From an uncultured virus (IMG/VR IMGVR_UViG_3300031627_000893) (Duplodnaviria; Heunggongvirae; Uroviricota; Caudoviricetes): a stretch of DNA of 64,000 nucleotides. This document shows, one piece after another, positions 36,266-46,141 of this stretch. The notes under the pieces are model-generated. The model ran no database searches. It was not told the DNA's origin and worked only from the letters and a program-made list of their open reading frames with translations. The translations under genes were made by a program, and so were the position numbers. Location: the IMG/VR virus record IMGVR_UViG_3300031627_000893; one strand, given 5' to 3'. The first letter of the stretch is position 1. Each line of letters starts with the position of its first letter.

Positions 36266-37231
36266 ATGTTTGAAAATAAAAAAATTCTTGTTACAGGCGG
36301 TTCTGGGATGATTGGCAGAGAGCTCGTAACGATGCTTCTAGATAGGGGAGCAGAAATAACAGTCGCATCTCTGGATAGCCCAAGAGATATGGACGAAAGG
36401 GTAAATTTCAAACCAGCGAACTTAACTTTAAAGCATAACTGTGAAATTATGGTAAAGGGTATGGATATGGTTTTCCATCTAGCTGGGATTAAGGGGTCAC
36501 CTTTAATGTGCCAGAAAAAACCAGCATCCTTTAGCGTCCCAATGCAGCAATTCAACTTAAACATGATGGAGGCTGCTGTGAACGAAGATGTTGAATGGTA
36601 TTTGTATACGAGTTCTGTTGGCGTATACAAACCAGCAGAGGTTTTTTACGAAGATGATGTTTGGAAAACTTTCCCATCGGAAAATGATAGATTCGCAGGG
36701 TGGGCTAAGAGAATGGGGGAACTACAAGCTCAAGCTTATTCGATAGAGAATGATTGGAACAGAGTATCCATAGTTAGACCCGCCAACGTATACGGAAATT
36801 ATGATAACTTCGATCCTGAGACGGCAATGGTTATCCCGTCTTTGATATGCAAAGCTAGTTCATCACCTGTGCTAGATGTATGGGGCGATGGATCGCCAAT
36901 TAGGGATTTCATTCACGCCAGAGATGTCGCTAGAGGCATGATGCATATGGTGGAAAACAAAGTGATCGTCCCTGTCAATTTAGGATCAGGAAAGGGCGTT
37001 ACGATTAAAGAGATCGCAGAAAGCGTTGCTAAATCTTTTGGCTCTGAAAGAGAGATAAATTGGCAAGTCGATAAACCTACTGGTGACGCAAAAAGACTTC
37101 TCTCTATGGAGAGAGCGAACAGCCTAGGATTTTATCCTGAGATTAGTCTAGAGGACGGCATTTCAGAGACGGTAGACTGGTTCCTGAATAATCAATCCTT
37201 AGTCGGAAACAGACATAATGCATTTAAATAA
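36266..37231 (+). CDS. NAD-dependent epimerase/reductase (GDP-fucose synthase-like SDR)
   Basis: TGGSGMIG, RPANVYG..DNF, VWGDGSPIRDFIH. Confidence 0.88.
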   Translation: MFENKKILVTGGSGMIGRELVTMLLDRGAEITVASLDSPRDMDERVNFKPANLTLKHNCEIMVKGMDMVFHLAGIKGSPLMCQKKPASFSVPMQQFNLNMMEAAVNEDVEWYLYTSSVGVYKPAEVFYEDDVWKTFPSENDRFAGWAKRMGELQAQAYSIENDWNRVSIVRPANVYGNYDNFDPETAMVIPSLICKASSSPVLDVWGDGSPIRDFIHARDVARGMMHMVENKVIVPVNLGSGKGVTIKEIAESVAKSFGSEREINWQVDKPTGDAKRLLSMERANSLGFYPEISLEDGISETVDWFLNNQSLVGNRHNAFK

Positions 37232-37940
37232 AACACTCGTAACAGGAATAAGCAGCGGACTTGGCAAATACATATACGAAAACACCAAGGACTCCATCGG
37301 TGTTAACAGGGATAACTCTGAAAGAATAGTCCGAGATCATAGGGACGATTTCTTTGAGACGATTATCCATTGTGCCTTCAACTCTTCAAGCGATGTTTCT
37401 GATTACAAATCTTACGTAGAAGACAACGTTTTCTTTACCGCTAAACTGGCGGACATAAAGTGCCGAAAATTTATTTACATAAGTTCCGTTAATGTATACA
37501 ACAAAGAAGATAATTACTATAGCCTATCGAAAAGAATAGGCGAATACATAGTGAAGTCAAGGCAACCAGACAACCATCTAATTATTAGGTGTTCTGCAAT
37601 TTTAGGGCCCACGATAAGACCAAATAGCTTAGTCAAGATACTGAAACATAAAGCTCCGAAGCTTACTCTTTCAGGCGACTCCACGTTCAACTATGTGCTT
37701 CAAAAAGATATATTAAAATTTATAAAACATAGCGATGAAGCGTCTTTGTTCGGCACATTGGACTTTACTTCCGAATCAGATGTAGACCTAAAATACGTAG
37801 CCGAAAAATACAATAAGGAAACAATATTCGGAGAATATAAATACGAGACCCCGAGAAGCAATACAGTAAAGGTTTATCAAGTTAGTCGGCAGTTCAAGAA
37901 GAGCAGCAAGGATATCATAGAGGAGTACATAAATGACTAA
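37218..37940 (+). CDS. NAD-dependent epimerase/dehydratase family protein
   Basis: TGISSGLG, IIHCA, YISS, YSLSK. Confidence 0.8.
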   Translation: MHLNKTLVTGISSGLGKYIYENTKDSIGVNRDNSERIVRDHRDDFFETIIHCAFNSSSDVSDYKSYVEDNVFFTAKLADIKCRKFIYISSVNVYNKEDNYYSLSKRIGEYIVKSRQPDNHLIIRCSAILGPTIRPNSLVKILKHKAPKLTLSGDSTFNYVLQKDILKFIKHSDEASLFGTLDFTSESDVDLKYVAEKYNKETIFGEYKYETPRSNTVKVYQVSRQFKKSSKDIIEEYIND

Positions 37941-39393
37941 AAAAATATTGATTTGTGGCGCGTCAGGATTCATAGGTAGAAACCTGACAGAGTATTATCT
38001 TAATAAAAAAAATGAGTACGAAGTAAGAGTAGTAGAGCATGAAACGCCTATAGATTTTGTAGGCGACTTAGGCGAGATTGTAAAAGGCGATCTTAGGGAT
38101 CAATCTTTCGTAAAAAAAGCATTGAAAGATGTGGATATAATATTGCAATTCGCAGCAACTACCTCTGGCTCGAAAGTAATTATAAATACCCCGCATGTTC
38201 ATGTGACGGACAACGCGGTTATGAATTCTCTGATTCTAAGAGAAGCATACGAACAATCAATTGATCATGTGATATTTCCCAGTTGCACGGTTATGTATCA
38301 GCCTAGTGAAACCGCAGTTAAGGAGACCGACTTCAATGGTGACCAAAGAATTTATGACAGATACTTCGGGGTAGGTAATACTAAAGTCTATATAGAAAAA
38401 ATGTGCGAGTTCTATTCTGGGTTACTCAAGAAAACAGGATTAGGCAGAACTAAGCATACAGTTATAAGGCACTCTAATATATATGGGCCGCATGATAAAT
38501 TCGATATTGAAAACGGACATGTGTGCGGTGCTACGATTTGGAAAGCATTTCATCAGGATAAAATTGTTGTCTGGGGAGACGGGGAAGAGAAGAGAGACCT
38601 TCTTTACATTAGTGACTTGGTAGACTTCGTCGATAAGGCGATAGAAAATCAAGTGACGCCTTTCGGCCTGTATAATGTCGGGTTAGGCGAAGCGACGAGC
38701 GTAAGCGAACTTGTCGAAACGATAATGGCTTTAGCTACATGCGGTCCACCGACAAAGCATATTGAGTACGACACATCTAAGCCTACGATTCCGACTAGTC
38801 TGTTCCTCGATTGCACAAAGGCGAAAGAAGAGCTTTGCTGGGAACCAACGACCTCTCTTGAGAGTGGGCTTATGAAAACGATAGATTGGTACAGGGAAAG
38901 CTCGAATGAGAATAAGGTCAAATACTTCGGGAGAAGGGGAGCAGGGACTTTTATAGTTTGCAGGAATACCAAAAGAGTTTTAATGGCCAAAAGGTCTGAT
39001 AAAGTAAATATGCCTCTAACTTGGGCTTCGATTGGGGGAGGAATAGAAGGCGAGGAGCTTAACAATGAAGAAGAAATTGATATCGATTCAGCTAAGAAAT
39101 GCGCTTGGATGGAGATAGTAGAGGAGACGGGCCATGAAGGGGAATTAGATTTAAACCTACTCGGGTTGATAAGGTACAACAACGGAATGAAATGGGAGAA
39201 AGGGTTCGAGAATTTTACCACTTACATGTTTATTGGGTTTGTGGAAGAGGAATTCGAGCCCCAAAAGAACTGGGAGACAGAAGAATTTAGATGGGTTGAC
39301 TATAAAGATATAGAATCATTAGGAGAGATGCATCCATGCACTAGAAGAGCGTTAAAAGAAACAGCATTTGTAGAAATTGTAAAAAGCTTATGA
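37933..39393 (+). CDS. NAD-dependent epimerase/reductase fused to a C-terminal NUDIX hydrolase
   Basis: N-terminal GASGFIG...RHSNIYGP.D.F...WGDGEEKRD; C-terminal GAGTFI...LMAKRS...WASIGGGIE...AWMEIVEETG. Confidence 0.85.
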   Translation: MTKKILICGASGFIGRNLTEYYLNKKNEYEVRVVEHETPIDFVGDLGEIVKGDLRDQSFVKKALKDVDIILQFAATTSGSKVIINTPHVHVTDNAVMNSLILREAYEQSIDHVIFPSCTVMYQPSETAVKETDFNGDQRIYDRYFGVGNTKVYIEKMCEFYSGLLKKTGLGRTKHTVIRHSNIYGPHDKFDIENGHVCGATIWKAFHQDKIVVWGDGEEKRDLLYISDLVDFVDKAIENQVTPFGLYNVGLGEATSVSELVETIMALATCGPPTKHIEYDTSKPTIPTSLFLDCTKAKEELCWEPTTSLESGLMKTIDWYRESSNENKVKYFGRRGAGTFIVCRNTKRVLMAKRSDKVNMPLTWASIGGGIEGEELNNEEEIDIDSAKKCAWMEIVEETGHEGELDLNLLGLIRYNNGMKWEKGFENFTTYMFIGFVEEEFEPQKNWETEEFRWVDYKDIESLGEMHPCTRRALKETAFVEIVKSL

Positions 39394-40496
39394 AAAAAAT
39401 TTTAATAACAGGTATCCTTGGGCAAGACGGATCAAACATGGCCGAATATCTCTTGTCTCTCGATGAAGAGCTAGAGGTCTATGGTAGTATGCGAAGGATT
39501 TCTAATCCCAACTATTCGAACATAGAATCATTTAGGGATCACCCGAGGTTCCATCTGAAATACATGGACTTATCCGATGATGTAAGCGTAAACAATTGCT
39601 TCAACAAAATACTCCCTGACTGCATGATAAATTTCGGGGCTAATTCGTTTGTAGGGGTTAGCTGGGACATGCCAACGCTTATGTTTAATGTTAACACATT
39701 GGGCGTTGTGAGATGTTTAGAGGCAATTAAAAATTATAAACCAGAGTGTAGATTTTACAGTGCTGGGTCTAGCGAGGAATTTGGAGATGTCCAGTATACG
39801 CCTCAAGACTTAGAGCACCCACCTAAGCCCAGAAGCCCTTACGGGGCCTCTAAAGTAGCAGCACGAGCCGTAGTGAAGGTTTACAGAGAGTCTTATGATC
39901 TTTACGCTGTACACGCTACGCTGTTCAATCACGAAGGAACACGAAGGGGAGAAGAATTTGTTACTAGAAAAATTACTATGGGAGCAGCAAAAGCTTATTG
40001 CGATTCCATCAAGGATGAATCAAATATTACCTCTATATATTTAGGAAATGTAGACGCGAAAAGAGATTGGAGTGATAGCGAAGATTTCGTAAAAGCTATT
40101 TGGCTAATGCTTCAGAAAGACAGCCCTCAAGACTATTTGTTAGCTAGTGGGGAAGCTCATACGGTTAGGGAATTCGTAGAACTGGCCTACGGAGAAGCTG
40201 GATTCCACGACACGTCTTGGAGAGGAAGCGGAGTAGAAGAGTCGTTTGGGTTTGAAACCGAAACCGGAAAATGGATACCGCTAGTTCAAATTTCTGAAGA
40301 TTTCTATAGACCCGCCGAAGTGAATATCTTGTTAGGCGATTCTAGCAAAACAAGGCTTGACCTGAATTGGCAACCAAAGGTAAGCTTCGCTGAGTTGGTG
40401 ACCAAAATGGTCAAGTGGGACATTGAAAAAGCCAAGGAAAAAGAAAACATCAGTACATGGCCAGTGTCTTTTCCTGATAAAGAAACTGTGCGCTAA
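39390..40496 (+). CDS. gmd: GDP-mannose 4,6-dehydratase
   Basis: ITGILGQDGS, PRSPYGASK, LFNHEG.RRGEEFVTRKIT, LGNVDAKRDW, YRPAEV..LLGD. Confidence 0.95.
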   Translation: MKKILITGILGQDGSNMAEYLLSLDEELEVYGSMRRISNPNYSNIESFRDHPRFHLKYMDLSDDVSVNNCFNKILPDCMINFGANSFVGVSWDMPTLMFNVNTLGVVRCLEAIKNYKPECRFYSAGSSEEFGDVQYTPQDLEHPPKPRSPYGASKVAARAVVKVYRESYDLYAVHATLFNHEGTRRGEEFVTRKITMGAAKAYCDSIKDESNITSIYLGNVDAKRDWSDSEDFVKAIWLMLQKDSPQDYLLASGEAHTVREFVELAYGEAGFHDTSWRGSGVEESFGFETETGKWIPLVQISEDFYRPAEVNILLGDSSKTRLDLNWQPKVSFAELVTKMVKWDIEKAKEKENISTWPVSFPDKETVR

Positions 40497-40818
40497 CCCT
40501 GAGGCTTTGGCTCAGAAAAAATTGTACGGCAGGGAGGTCGTTGCTTGTAAAAAGCTTTTAAAGAAATACTCATTTGAAAAATTAAAATCCATACAAATAT
40601 TGCAGCAAGACAAACCTAACAGCATACTGGGTTTTCTTTCGAAAGAGGGAGAAAAACTTCTTAATATTTTACTTTTAAAAAGCAATATCAAAGAGTCTGA
40701 AATTAAAGAGCTAAACAAATCAAAAGAAATTTTTGGAGAGGATGTAGAGTACAAGAAGAAGCCTAAAACATTGTTAGGATTTATGAATTATGAGCCCGAA
40801 AGTAAAAGAAAAAACTGA
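40423..40818 (+). CDS. basic hypothetical protein
   Basis: 131-aa Lys-rich ORF preceding recA. Confidence 0.55.
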   Translation: MKKPRKKKTSVHGQCLFLIKKLCANPEALAQKKLYGREVVACKKLLKKYSFEKLKSIQILQQDKPNSILGFLSKEGEKLLNILLLKSNIKESEIKELNKSKEIFGEDVEYKKKPKTLLGFMNYEPESKRKN

Positions 40819-41923
40819 TCAAGGATTTGGACAGGTTGTGGATACGTTCCTGAAAGGGAAGGAATACAAAAACTATCATTACGCCTTTGAAGACCACGTA
40901 TCGTATAAAATTTCAACAGGCAGTCTCTTGTTTGATATGGCTACCGATGGGGGGATAGGACCAGGAATAGTTAGGTTTATTGGCCAATATGCTGGTGGCA
41001 AAACATCTGAAGCACTTGAGTTGATTAGGAATTTTCAGAGTACGATTGAAAGGCCATTTATAGTATACTTCAACGCAGAAGGGAGAGTGAACTCTGAAAC
41101 GTTAGAAAACGCTGGTGTCAAGTATGATGATCCAGATCAATTTAAAGTAGTGTCCACTCAAACACTCCATGTCGTGTACGACACTATGACCCAAGTCATT
41201 AGAGAAAACATGTCTTTCCCTAAAGCAGAGAGAAAACAATTCGCGTTTGTCGTAGACTCTTTAGATTCTCTTTCTTCTGCGGACGACCAATTGAAAACTT
41301 CTCAAGATTCGGCTAGGGTTGCTGGTGGGGCAGTTACAGCTTCTGCCTTTTTGAAAAAAATGGGACTGTCCTTAAATACCCAAGGGCATCTTTGCATAAT
41401 GATTAGCCAAAGAAGAGATACCGTTTCTGCTGATAGATATAAAGCTACGCCTTATAAAAATCACAACGCTTCTGGTGGACACGCTTTAGACCATCATGCC
41501 AACTGGATATTTGAGTTTGGTGGTAGGTACAAATCCGATAGGATACCAGCAAATCCATCAGCAGCACTAGATGACGAAAAAAATCCCGCCATAGGTCACT
41601 ATTGTAAATTAAGAGTTAAAAAGTGCCCTAACGAAAAAGAAGACTTGCTAGTTAAATATCCAGTTAAGTATAAAGAAAAAGGAGGGAGTAGCATTTGGGT
41701 ATCCAAAGAGATAGTAGATACTATGGAGAAAATAGGATGGTACGACTCAAGGGGAGCTTGGATTTACATCGAAGAAGAGATTATCGAACAATGTAAGAAG
41801 GAAAAAATAGAAGTACCTGAAAAGTTTCAAGGAAAAAAGGAATTATTTAAGTTCGTAGATGAGAGTAAAGAGTTTAAAAAATATGCTTACGATAGGATGA
41901 GGGAAGCTTTCAGTGGGTTATGA
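40790..41923 (+). CDS. recA: RecA/UvsX-like recombinase
   Basis: ISTGSLLFD...GG, Walker A GQYAGGKTS, NAEGR, Walker B VVDSLDSL, ISQRR, SGGHAL.H. Confidence 0.88.
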   Translation: MSPKVKEKTDQGFGQVVDTFLKGKEYKNYHYAFEDHVSYKISTGSLLFDMATDGGIGPGIVRFIGQYAGGKTSEALELIRNFQSTIERPFIVYFNAEGRVNSETLENAGVKYDDPDQFKVVSTQTLHVVYDTMTQVIRENMSFPKAERKQFAFVVDSLDSLSSADDQLKTSQDSARVAGGAVTASAFLKKMGLSLNTQGHLCIMISQRRDTVSADRYKATPYKNHNASGGHALDHHANWIFEFGGRYKSDRIPANPSAALDDEKNPAIGHYCKLRVKKCPNEKEDLLVKYPVKYKEKGGSSIWVSKEIVDTMEKIGWYDSRGAWIYIEEEIIEQCKKEKIEVPEKFQGKKELFKFVDESKEFKKYAYDRMREAFSGL

Positions 41924-42342
41924 GACTCAAGAACATACATGGTAAATTAGTATACAAAAACGTTAAATCTAAGTTAATAGATTGGCGAGGTAAAAGTAGA
42001 AGTAAAATACAAAGAAAGGTAAAACTCTTCTTAAAGGATTATTGGGAGAATTGCATAGTGTACGAGGAGTTTCCTGTCTACGGGAGTAGAATGACAGTCG
42101 ATATTTTTAATGCAACAAAGAAGATAGCTATTGAAGTACAGGGCAAACAGCACAATGAATTTAACAAATTTTTCCACAAAAATAAGCTGAACTATCTGTA
42201 TTCGATGGAGAGGGATCTTAATAAAAAGAAATGGCTTGAGGATAATGATATACAGTTGGTTGAGGTGCTGGAAAACGAGGTAGAAGGGCTAAAAGAGTCT
42301 TTTTTTTATGAAAAATACGGTATAAAGCTTCGCAAAGTGTAA
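41920..42342 (+). CDS. DUF559/Vsr-like endonuclease
   Basis: YEEFP...VDIF....IAIEVQGKQH...RD..K..WL. Confidence 0.8.
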   Translation: MRLKNIHGKLVYKNVKSKLIDWRGKSRSKIQRKVKLFLKDYWENCIVYEEFPVYGSRMTVDIFNATKKIAIEVQGKQHNEFNKFFHKNKLNYLYSMERDLNKKKWLEDNDIQLVEVLENEVEGLKESFFYEKYGIKLRKV

Positions 42343-42430
42343 TAATATATACAGATGCGTATGTGCCTTCATGAACTACAAAGAATACATGAATGGACCG
42401 GGAGGCCCGAAAAAAAGAACCATTAATACT

Positions 42431-43648
42431 ATGAGTGACCAAGACGTAAATCCAGAGAATCCAGAGCAGCAAAACACCCCCGCTCCTGAACCGCAGCCAG
42501 AAGAACAGCCCGAGGTCTTGGGTTCCGACATGGATCTAGACATAGACATTCCAGATATCCCAATGCCGTCTGACGTCCCTGAGAAGCAAGTGGTCGAAGA
42601 CACATTTAAGAGCGCATTTAGTGTTGCCGTTGTGGGAGTCGGACAAGGCGGAGGCAGACTAGCGGAGACTTTTTGGGAAGTGGGCTACAGGAAAGTAATT
42701 TGTATTAATACCGCAAAACAAGATTTGAATTCTTGTAAGATCCCAGAGGAAAACAAGCTGTTAATCGGTGGTGAAGGAGCAGGTAAGAACCCATTAAAAG
42801 CGAAGGAAATTTTTGAAGCAAATTATGAGGACGTGCTAGACTTTTGTCGTAAAAGCTTCTCTGACGGTTTTGACCGCGTCCTCGTATGTATAGGTGCTGG
42901 GGGAGGCACTGGTGCTGGGGGTGGAACAGTCGTGATAAACGCTCTTCATGATTTGGCTCAATCTCTAGGGATAGAAAAAGATTCAAAAGACGCGAAGGTG
43001 GGAGCCATTGTAGCCTTGCCTACTAGGGCTGAAGGCTCAAGGGTACAAGACAACGCCGAGAATGCTGCTGGAGATATAGTCCAGATGGTTAGGGATAAGA
43101 CCCTCTCTCCTTTGATCTTGCTCGACAACGAAAAGATCAAACAGATTTATCCTGGGCTTTCCATTAATAAATTTTGGAAGACAGCAAACGGAAGTATCGT
43201 CAAGCTATTCCACTTGTTTAATCAGGTGTCAGCCCAAGACAGCGCATATACTACTTTTGACAAGGCGGATTTAGACACCGTCCTCTCTAGCGGAATTATT
43301 ACTTTTGGTGCTATGCCGATTAAGGACGACAACATTTCTGAAGCCGAAATTAGTTCGGCCATAAGAGATAACTTGCGTCGAAACATTTTAGCTGGTATAG
43401 ATCTGAAGACAGGCAGCATTGCCGCCTGTATTCTTATGGGAGGTAGAGACAATTTGGACAACGTTCCTCAGGACAGCATAGAAACAGCCTTTGATCAATT
43501 GAACCGATTGCTTGGGGATGGATCTACCGTTCATAGAGGCATATACTCGATGTCCAGACCGGGACTTGTCGTTTACACAGCGATTGGTGGGCTGCAATGC
43601 CCCGATCACTTGTTCGATATGTTCTTTAAAACCGATAGGAAATACTAA
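42431..43648 (+). CDS. tubulin/FtsZ-family GTPase (phage PhuZ/TubZ-like)
   Basis: GVGQGGGRLA, INTA.QD, GAGKNP, GGGTGAGG signature, LLDN, FDKAD; alternative start at 42371. Confidence 0.9.
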   Translation: MSDQDVNPENPEQQNTPAPEPQPEEQPEVLGSDMDLDIDIPDIPMPSDVPEKQVVEDTFKSAFSVAVVGVGQGGGRLAETFWEVGYRKVICINTAKQDLNSCKIPEENKLLIGGEGAGKNPLKAKEIFEANYEDVLDFCRKSFSDGFDRVLVCIGAGGGTGAGGGTVVINALHDLAQSLGIEKDSKDAKVGAIVALPTRAEGSRVQDNAENAAGDIVQMVRDKTLSPLILLDNEKIKQIYPGLSINKFWKTANGSIVKLFHLFNQVSAQDSAYTTFDKADLDTVLSSGIITFGAMPIKDDNISEAEISSAIRDNLRRNILAGIDLKTGSIAACILMGGRDNLDNVPQDSIETAFDQLNRLLGDGSTVHRGIYSMSRPGLVVYTAIGGLQCPDHLFDMFFKTDRKY

Positions 43649-43673
43649 TCCTATCTAATTAGATAAAGTAGTT

Positions 43674-43695
43674 ACTCCCTCAGTGGGGAGTTGTT
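43674..43695 (+). terminator. putative terminator hairpin
   Basis: ACTCCCT-CAGT-GGGGAGT followed by TGTT. Confidence 0.4.
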
Positions 43696-43709
43696 AAAAT
43701 ATTTGTATT

Positions 43710-45251
43710 ATGTCCGAAGATTATTTTGCCAAGTCGCTAGATTCTATAACACATTGCCCCGAAGTCGAGAGAGTCGTTCTCCGTGGAATTTTAAAAAACG
43801 AGGATGTGTTCCCAGACGTTGATGTAAGTCTCAAAGACGATGACTTTACTGTGGATCTTCATCAAACCATATATTCTGTAATCAGAAAATTCAAATCCAG
43901 CGGAGACCCAATCGAAACGACTATATTGGCTAGTTACATAAACTCTCTGACTATATCCTTTGATGATGTTCCTGACGTAAGCATATTCGACTACATTAAG
44001 GATCTGTTTTTCGGAAACGTCAGCGAACACGCTACAATAAAAGCCGCTCAAGACTTGGTCTTCATGAGGGTCCGCAGGGAAGACTTGTCTAGACTGAAAA
44101 AAGCCAACAAATATGTTAAAGAGAGTGGAGGAGACAAGTTTACAGAGTACGTCTCCGAAATGGATAAGATACTAAACGATAACGTTTACGCTTTCGACTC
44201 GGAGAAAACTCCCAAATGGATTTTCGAGGGACTAGAAGAAAGAAATGAAGAGCGAGGGCTGCAAGAAGATAAAGGCCAAGCTGGACTCCAAACTCCGTTT
44301 CAGAATTACAACGATTACTTTAGCGGACTAGAGGATAGCCAAATTTATGTAATCGTCGCTAGGCCAGAGCAAGGGAAGTCTACGATTATGGCTTGGATGG
44401 GGCTTATGACGGGCTACATGAATGACGTGCCCGTTTTGTTCTTAGACACAGAGCTTCAAAAGGATGAAGTTCAGGACAGATTTGCAGCAGCACTAACAGA
44501 TATTTCCTACGGAGAGGGAATCAAACTTGGGCGTTGGAGGAACGATCAAGCTTCTACAGATAAGATGCGGAATCTATACAAGGACACAGAGGAAAAATAT
44601 AAAAAGTTTATGCACTTGCATGTAGGCAATACGACCATAGACGAGGTTTGTTCTGTTATTAGAAGATGGCACTATAAGCACGTAGGGAGAGGTAATAAGT
44701 GCTTGATAATATATGATTACATAAAACTAACAGGAGAAAAGACTTCTTATAACTGGGGCGAACATCAACTCATTGGAGAAAAAACAGATAAGCTAAAAAG
44801 AATCGCCGTAGAGTTGAATGCGCCAGTTTTGACAGCCGCCCAAATGAACAGGTCAGGAGTGGGGGAAATTGACGACACTACCGTGGTCGCGATGTCCGAT
44901 AGGCTTCTTTGGTTCGCTAGTAATGTTTATATATTCAGGAGAAAGAATGATGACGAATTAGCGTTAGATGGTGAAGACAGAGGCACTCATATACTGAAAC
45001 CAATCAAGACGAGGATTCAAGGTCCTAAATCTTTCGGCCATAGAAACAGATTCCTTAGGCCAATGCCTCCAGACGGAGAGAGGGAACCGCAAAAATTTTA
45101 TATTAATTTTGATGTGGACAACTTTAAGGTCTCTGAAAAAGGAAGCTTAGTTGACTGCATAACTGATGCTGAAGGCGTTTTTGAGGACGAGAACAATAAT
45201 CCAAACGATTCCGATGCTGGTCTAAGCGAGGGACAAGGAACTCTGCTGTGA
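43710..45251 (+). CDS. dnaB: replicative DNA helicase
   Basis: N-terminal E..VL..IL...F....HQ.IY; Walker A ARPEQGKS; IYDYIKL; AAQMNR. Confidence 0.93.
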   Translation: MSEDYFAKSLDSITHCPEVERVVLRGILKNEDVFPDVDVSLKDDDFTVDLHQTIYSVIRKFKSSGDPIETTILASYINSLTISFDDVPDVSIFDYIKDLFFGNVSEHATIKAAQDLVFMRVRREDLSRLKKANKYVKESGGDKFTEYVSEMDKILNDNVYAFDSEKTPKWIFEGLEERNEERGLQEDKGQAGLQTPFQNYNDYFSGLEDSQIYVIVARPEQGKSTIMAWMGLMTGYMNDVPVLFLDTELQKDEVQDRFAAALTDISYGEGIKLGRWRNDQASTDKMRNLYKDTEEKYKKFMHLHVGNTTIDEVCSVIRRWHYKHVGRGNKCLIIYDYIKLTGEKTSYNWGEHQLIGEKTDKLKRIAVELNAPVLTAAQMNRSGVGEIDDTTVVAMSDRLLWFASNVYIFRRKNDDELALDGEDRGTHILKPIKTRIQGPKSFGHRNRFLRPMPPDGEREPQKFYINFDVDNFKVSEKGSLVDCITDAEGVFEDENNNPNDSDAGLSEGQGTLL

Positions 45252-46141
45252 GCAACGTCTACGACATCCTGAGCTCTATCGGATACAACCTTTCGGACAG
45301 AGGAAAGGAATATCGGTGCTTACCCTTGTACAGAGACTCAGACGACCCAACAGTTCTGAAAATAAAAAAAGACACAGGAGAGTGGTATGATTTTAAATTG
45401 TGCATCGGAGGCAAATTAGAAAGCCTCGTAGCTAAGACTCTTGGTAAGGATGAGACCCAAGCGAAGGAGTACCTCAATAGCCGAGACTATGTAGAAGCAA
45501 GACCCGTATCTAGACCAAAGGTAGAAATACCAAAAATTTACCCAAGCGAATGGCTCGAAAGGCTAACTATCGATGATCGCTACTGGAATGAAAGAGGAGT
45601 GTCTACCTGTACTCTCGAAAATTTCAGAGGAGGAGTCGCAAAGCAGGGCTCTTTGTATGGTAGATATGTTTTCCCGATTTTTAAAAGAGATGGGATTGTG
45701 GGCTTCGCAGGTAGGGATGTCCTTGAGAATTCCTCCAAACAGAGGCCGAAATGGAAACTGATAGGGCCGAAGAAAACTTGGGTTTACCCAGCAAAAAATT
45801 CATACAGCTATATAAAGGATACTAAGCAAGTTATTTTTGTTGAAAGCATAGGTGATATGCTAAAATTATGGGAAAGTGGCATTAAAAATACATTGGTTTT
45901 GTTTGGTCTTAACTTGTCCGAGGCTACACTCAACTTCCTTTTGAGTGTCGAACCCAAATCTATTGTAATAGCCTTAAATAACGATGAGAGTAATGCTGGT
46001 AATAACGCTTCACATAGAATATCCAAAAAACTATCTAAGTATTTCAGCAGCAGCAGGTTGAAAATAAATTTACCGTTTAAGAACGATTTCGGGGACATGG
46101 GCGTGTCTGAAATTAGAGACTGGAACAAGAAAAATGGCTAG
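45248..46141 (+). CDS. DNA primase (DnaG-like, Toprim domain)
   Basis: RYVFPIF...IVGFAGR, KWK, FVESIGD, IALNND...G. Confidence 0.85.
   Translation: MSNVYDILSSIGYNLSDRGKEYRCLPLYRDSDDPTVLKIKKDTGEWYDFKLCIGGKLESLVAKTLGKDETQAKEYLNSRDYVEARPVSRPKVEIPKIYPSEWLERLTIDDRYWNERGVSTCTLENFRGGVAKQGSLYGRYVFPIFKRDGIVGFAGRDVLENSSKQRPKWKLIGPKKTWVYPAKNSYSYIKDTKQVIFVESIGDMLKLWESGIKNTLVLFGLNLSEATLNFLLSVEPKSIVIALNNDESNAGNNASHRISKKLSKYFSSSRLKINLPFKNDFGDMGVSEIRDWNKKNG

Noticed and set aside
25185..40496. Bacterial chromosomal O-antigen or capsule locus
   Set aside because: No wzx/wzy/wzm/wzt genes, and the cluster is flanked by phage-type replication and fibre genes.
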